Of a stretch of 64,000 bases of DNA, positions 60,460-64,000 are shown one piece after another. The DNA lies in assembly GCF_018350175.1 (NCBI RefSeq), contig NC_058368.1, positions 122,142,001-122,206,000 on the forward strand, written 5' to 3'. This DNA is from Felis catus. Taxonomy: Eukaryota. Each line of letters opens with the position of its first letter. Position 1 is the first letter of the stretch. Position numbers and translations under genes: made by a program. The notes beneath the pieces are model-generated. The model searched no databases. It saw only the letters and a list, made by a program, of their open reading frames with translations, and was not told the origin of the DNA.

Positions 60460-61500
60460 ACCTTATTTGCTGTTTTCTGATTATAAAAGCAATTTGTCCT
60501 TAGTGTAAGAATTCCAACAATACAGAAAAATAACTAAGTGAAAATCATTCTTCAAGTCCTCACCCACCCAACCAAAGTAAACCAGGCATAAAATTTGGGA
60601 GCAACTCTTGCCCTAGCTTTTGTCCTCATATGTACATAATGCCATTGTTCTTGTTGTCTTTTAAAGGAATACTAGTTGTATGATTTGCCCTTTTTTTTAA
60701 CTTCCTGTGAATATGTATTTATATCATGATTTCTAAAGCCTGCAGAATATTGCATTATCTAGATATACCCTAACTGTATCAATCTTCTCTTCAGACATAC
60801 TTTGATTATTCACAATAACTAAAAAAAGCTTATGGAGAGAGAAGGCTATATGGTAAGCAACTGTATAGCTCAATCTTCTTATGTTTCTATGCTTATTTAC
60901 TTAAAATAAAATTCAAGAGGGAAACCTGGGTGGCTCAGTCAGTGAAGTGTTCACTTTGGCCCAGGTCATGATCTCACGGTTTGTGGGTTTAAGCCCTGCA
61001 TGGGGCTCTGTGCTGACAGCTCAGAGCCTGGAGCCGGCTTCAGCCTGCTTTTCCCTCTCTCTCTGTCGCTCCCCAGCTCCTGTGGTCTCCACGCTCTCTC
61101 TCTCTCTCTCAAAAATAAACATTAAAATTTTTTTAATGAAATGCAAGAAATGGAATTGCAGAGCCAATTGGTGAGCACATTTAAAACATGGGCTATGCAC
61201 TGCTGAATTGCACTCTATAAATGTGGTATCTACATACAGTCTCACCAAAAAAAAAAAGTGTTTTGCTCCATCTTTAACAATAGGCATTTGGTGAAAATTA
61301 ACATCACATTGTTATTTTAATTCTTTCATTACTTGTAAGCTTGAGTCCATTTTCATATGATTATTAGGCATTTATTCTTTTTTATAAATTGCAGTTTCAC
61401 GCCCTTTATTCATATTTCTGTCTGGTGATGCTTTTTATATATTAAGAGTACTAAGAGTATTTAAATATAAAGAGTATTTTTATGTAATAAAACTATATAT
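60460..61500 (-). mobile_element. L1ME-like 3' relic interrupted by a SINE
   Basis: TTTTCTGATTATAAAAGCAAT..AACAATACAGAAA; AATAGGCATTTGGTGAAAA..TTGTTATTTTAATT. Confidence 0.65.
60919..61135 (+). mobile_element. CanSINE (felid type)
   Basis: CCTGGGTGGCTCAGTCAG head, GACAGCTCAGAGCCTGGAGCC, (CT)n, AATAAA tail. Confidence 0.94.
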
Positions 61501-61809
61501 TAAGAGTTTGTTGAAACCCATTTTATAGACAGAAAATTACAATTTGGTCCAGTCACCTACAGAGAGCTTCCGACCTAAACTCTGCCTCATATCAGTACTA
61601 GACGTTTAAGCCTTAATAATCCACAGCCAAAAAGACCTTAGTACCCCACGGAAGAGCTCTTTTCAAAAGAAATGAGTCACAAACCAAAGGGATTTTCTAT
61701 GGTGGCCCAGTTAGTATAATAATCTGTGGTCTGTGACCCACTTTCGCTTTGGGAATTTCTGGTCCTTGCCCATATGTGTCCCTAGAGAATGAACAAATTA
61801 TGGACTCAC

Positions 61810-61885
61810 CATCTAAGGTGATTTAGAGAGAAGTTTGGCAAAAGCTTATTCAGCTAGTCTGGGATTTGTCTGTTGCAACTTCCAG
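61810..61885 (-). other. Candidate 76-nt spliced exon (non-coding or 5' UTR, ending in ATG) of an unidentified minus-strand gene
   Basis: Branch point TACTGAC, pyrimidine tract and TTACAG acceptor; ATG|GTGAGT donor; stop codons in all three frames. Confidence 0.45.
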
Positions 61886-62176
61886 CTGTAACATTCAAAG
61901 AGAAAGGAAAGGGTCAGTAACCCCACCGGCTATTTCCCATTTCAGGTTTGTGTTTACTTGGTCTCCACACTGGCACGGTGGACGCTCTTCCTTATCCGCA
62001 TGTGTTCCGAGCCCTAGAAGCACTCAAAATGTGAGGAGCGTTATAACAGTCTTCCTTTGGGTCAGTCCAGGGTTTTGCTCAGGCCAACCCCTCCCTATTC
62101 CCTTGTTTTCACGTGGCTTCCAACGTTTCCCTTTTTCTTTTTTCAGGAAAAGGAAGAAGGATCTAGCACAGCTTAG

Positions 62177-62231
62177 GTGTGCGTGTGCGTGTGCGTATGC
62201 GTGCATGCACACGTGCATGCACACACACGCA
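62177..62231. repeat. Mixed alternating purine-pyrimidine repeat (TG/CG/CA)
   Basis: 55 bp of uninterrupted RY alternation. Confidence 0.9.
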
Positions 62232-62339
62232 AGAAGATTTAAGGATAAAAAAACTTAAAGCAAAAGTCTTAGAAGCCAATACCAATGAAAGACCCAATCC
62301 GAGATACCATTCCAGAATGACAAGTATAACCTTACTTGA

Positions 62340-62620
62340 TTCTGATCACCCTCATTCCACAGATGGTAAGGAACTTGCTGGAAGCCACAAAACTAAATAG
62401 TGGTGGACGTGGCATTGGAACTCAGGTGTCCATGACTCCAAACCCATTTCTGTGGGACCATAATGTCTCGTGAACCACCACACTGCTTCCTCTTGTTTTA
62501 TAGGTGAGTGAACCAAAGTCCAGTGGGCGAAGGACCTGGCCTAAGGCACTCAGCCTCTGTTGGCAGAGCTGAGTGGAGAGCACAGGCTCCTGACTGGAAG
62601 GCCACAGCTAGTCTCCTTCA
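62340..62620 (-). mobile_element. Two adjacent MIR relics
   Basis: ACAGATGGTAAGGAACTTGC..TGAACTCAGG..TGACTCCAAA; TTTTATAGGTGAGTGAACC..GACCTGGCCTAAGG..GGCAGAGCTG. Confidence 0.7.
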
Positions 62621-63269
62621 CGGTGCTGACTCATCTTTGAGACGATGATGCAATTTAATGAGAAAATATTATTCAGTGTGTCCAAACCGGATCAGGGCAA
62701 TTATTCAAGAACACATTTTATAAAGTGAACTAAACCCCATGCTCTTTGCTTTACTCCCTATTTAGGGCTATTGCCCTGGGGCCTCTATAACACCCCTCTG
62801 TGGTAGCTGTAACCTGATGTCAGTTACCTGCACATCAAAATCAACATAAATAATCGTTGTCTAAGAATTACCATCCTCACTGAGGATTTGTGGGGTGACA
62901 CCTTGGGCTGGGATCACTTGGGGAGTTTCCTGTAAAAACACCTCCCAGAAATTCTCTTTACAGAATTCCTTCTCTAAGCACTAGGGGGAGTGGACCATCT
63001 GAGGGGCTGTGGTCCACTCCCCTCCTGTGCTGTGTGCTCTCTGACTCACCTCTCACTGGCTCCTACCTCTTCTGCCAGCTTGGTTCTCTACCCACACTTG
63101 GATTTTCTTATCCTTTTACTATGCAGAGCACTCAAATGAGCATATTTTGTTACTCAATCATCTTCTTGGAGTCCCACTTTGCTCTCTGAGTAGTTTGAGT
63201 AATTATGTTGGACAAATATGACACCCTCCATGTTTTTCTCCATCTTTTCCCATAGGTACTATTATTATC

Positions 63270-63390
63270 CCAATTTTCGCAGAATGTAACTATCCCCATT
63301 TTAAGGAGTCTGGAGGTCAGAGTCACTGCTAACACCTTGCACACTTTGAATTTAAACCCATGTTTATCAGACTCCCCCGATTCTGACTTT
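63270..63390 (-). mobile_element. MIR relic
   Basis: TATCCCCATTTTA..GAGGTCAGAG..GAATTTAAACCCA. Confidence 0.55.
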
Positions 63391-63769
63391 AGTGATACTC
63401 GCTCCCTAAAAAGAACAATTACATTATCTTGACCTTTTCACATCTCATTCAGAAGATTTCACAAAGATGGCTCTCTACTCTGTATAACCTCCCTTTCTTC
63501 AGGCTACATTTCCTGAGGACACTTGCTGTTGCCCAGGTAGGCAACCCTCCAAATGCCGCCTTTAAGCTAGATGGACGCTGTGACTCAAAGAGGTTTTGTT
63601 TTGTCCAGAGCTCAGTGAAGCAGTTCCTGAATGTGTTGCCCAAAACATTTATTCTATGAGATACTCTTAAATGTGGGGTTCCATGACCAAATACTTTGGG
63701 AAACGCAGGTAACAAACTGAGTCATTGTTTTCCCAGTTGTGGTCTAGTGAAGATTTTAGTGCGAGCCGT

Positions 63770-63955
63770 GACTAGACATGGTAGTAAAAATAGTTGAGGT
63801 CAAATAATTTCGGCAAACTGGAGATACTCTGGTTCCCTCTTGGAGATTCATAGTAAATATGAGTACATTAAAGGTTCTGACAAGTCCTGTTAAGATATGT
63901 TGAATTTTGTTTGACTTGATGCCGCTCAGAGTTATTTGGTCTCAGGGCCTTCCTT
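63770..63955 (+). mobile_element. MER103-like hAT fragment
   Basis: GGTCAAATAATTT..CCCTCTTGGAGATTCA..CATTAAAGGTTCTGACAAGTCCTG. Confidence 0.7.
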
Positions 63956-64000
63956 GAATTTATAGCAGCAGCCCACGAGGGCCCACTCCGGACAGGCTTC

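Overview
This is a 64 kb AT-rich window of mammalian genomic DNA, almost certainly from a felid and probably Felis, judged from its carnivore tRNA-derived SINEs (CanSINE/SINEC). Two of these SINEs are CpG-rich, near-identical young copies. The window is intronic or intergenic. I found no supportable protein-coding gene, RNA gene or CRISPR array, and the ORF track is explained by SINE, L1, L2 and microsatellite sequence or by chance. A large share of the window is interspersed repeat: about 20 CanSINEs (many with target-site duplications, TSDs), L1/HAL1 fragments, many L2 and MIR relics, MaLR/ERVL solo LTRs, and hAT/TcMar MITEs. Repeat family names come from my recall of consensus sequences, not from a search, and boundaries without a TSD are approximate. 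The most notable observations are: (1) a likely L1 3' transduction of about 360 bp trapped inside an MLT1A LTR; (2) a well-formed minus-strand 76-nt exon candidate ending in ATG (61810-61885); (3) multi-layer nested insertions; (4) a probable Penelope relic; (5) several perfect palindromes and motif clusters in repeat-free sequence. I found no evidence of a novel multi-gene system.
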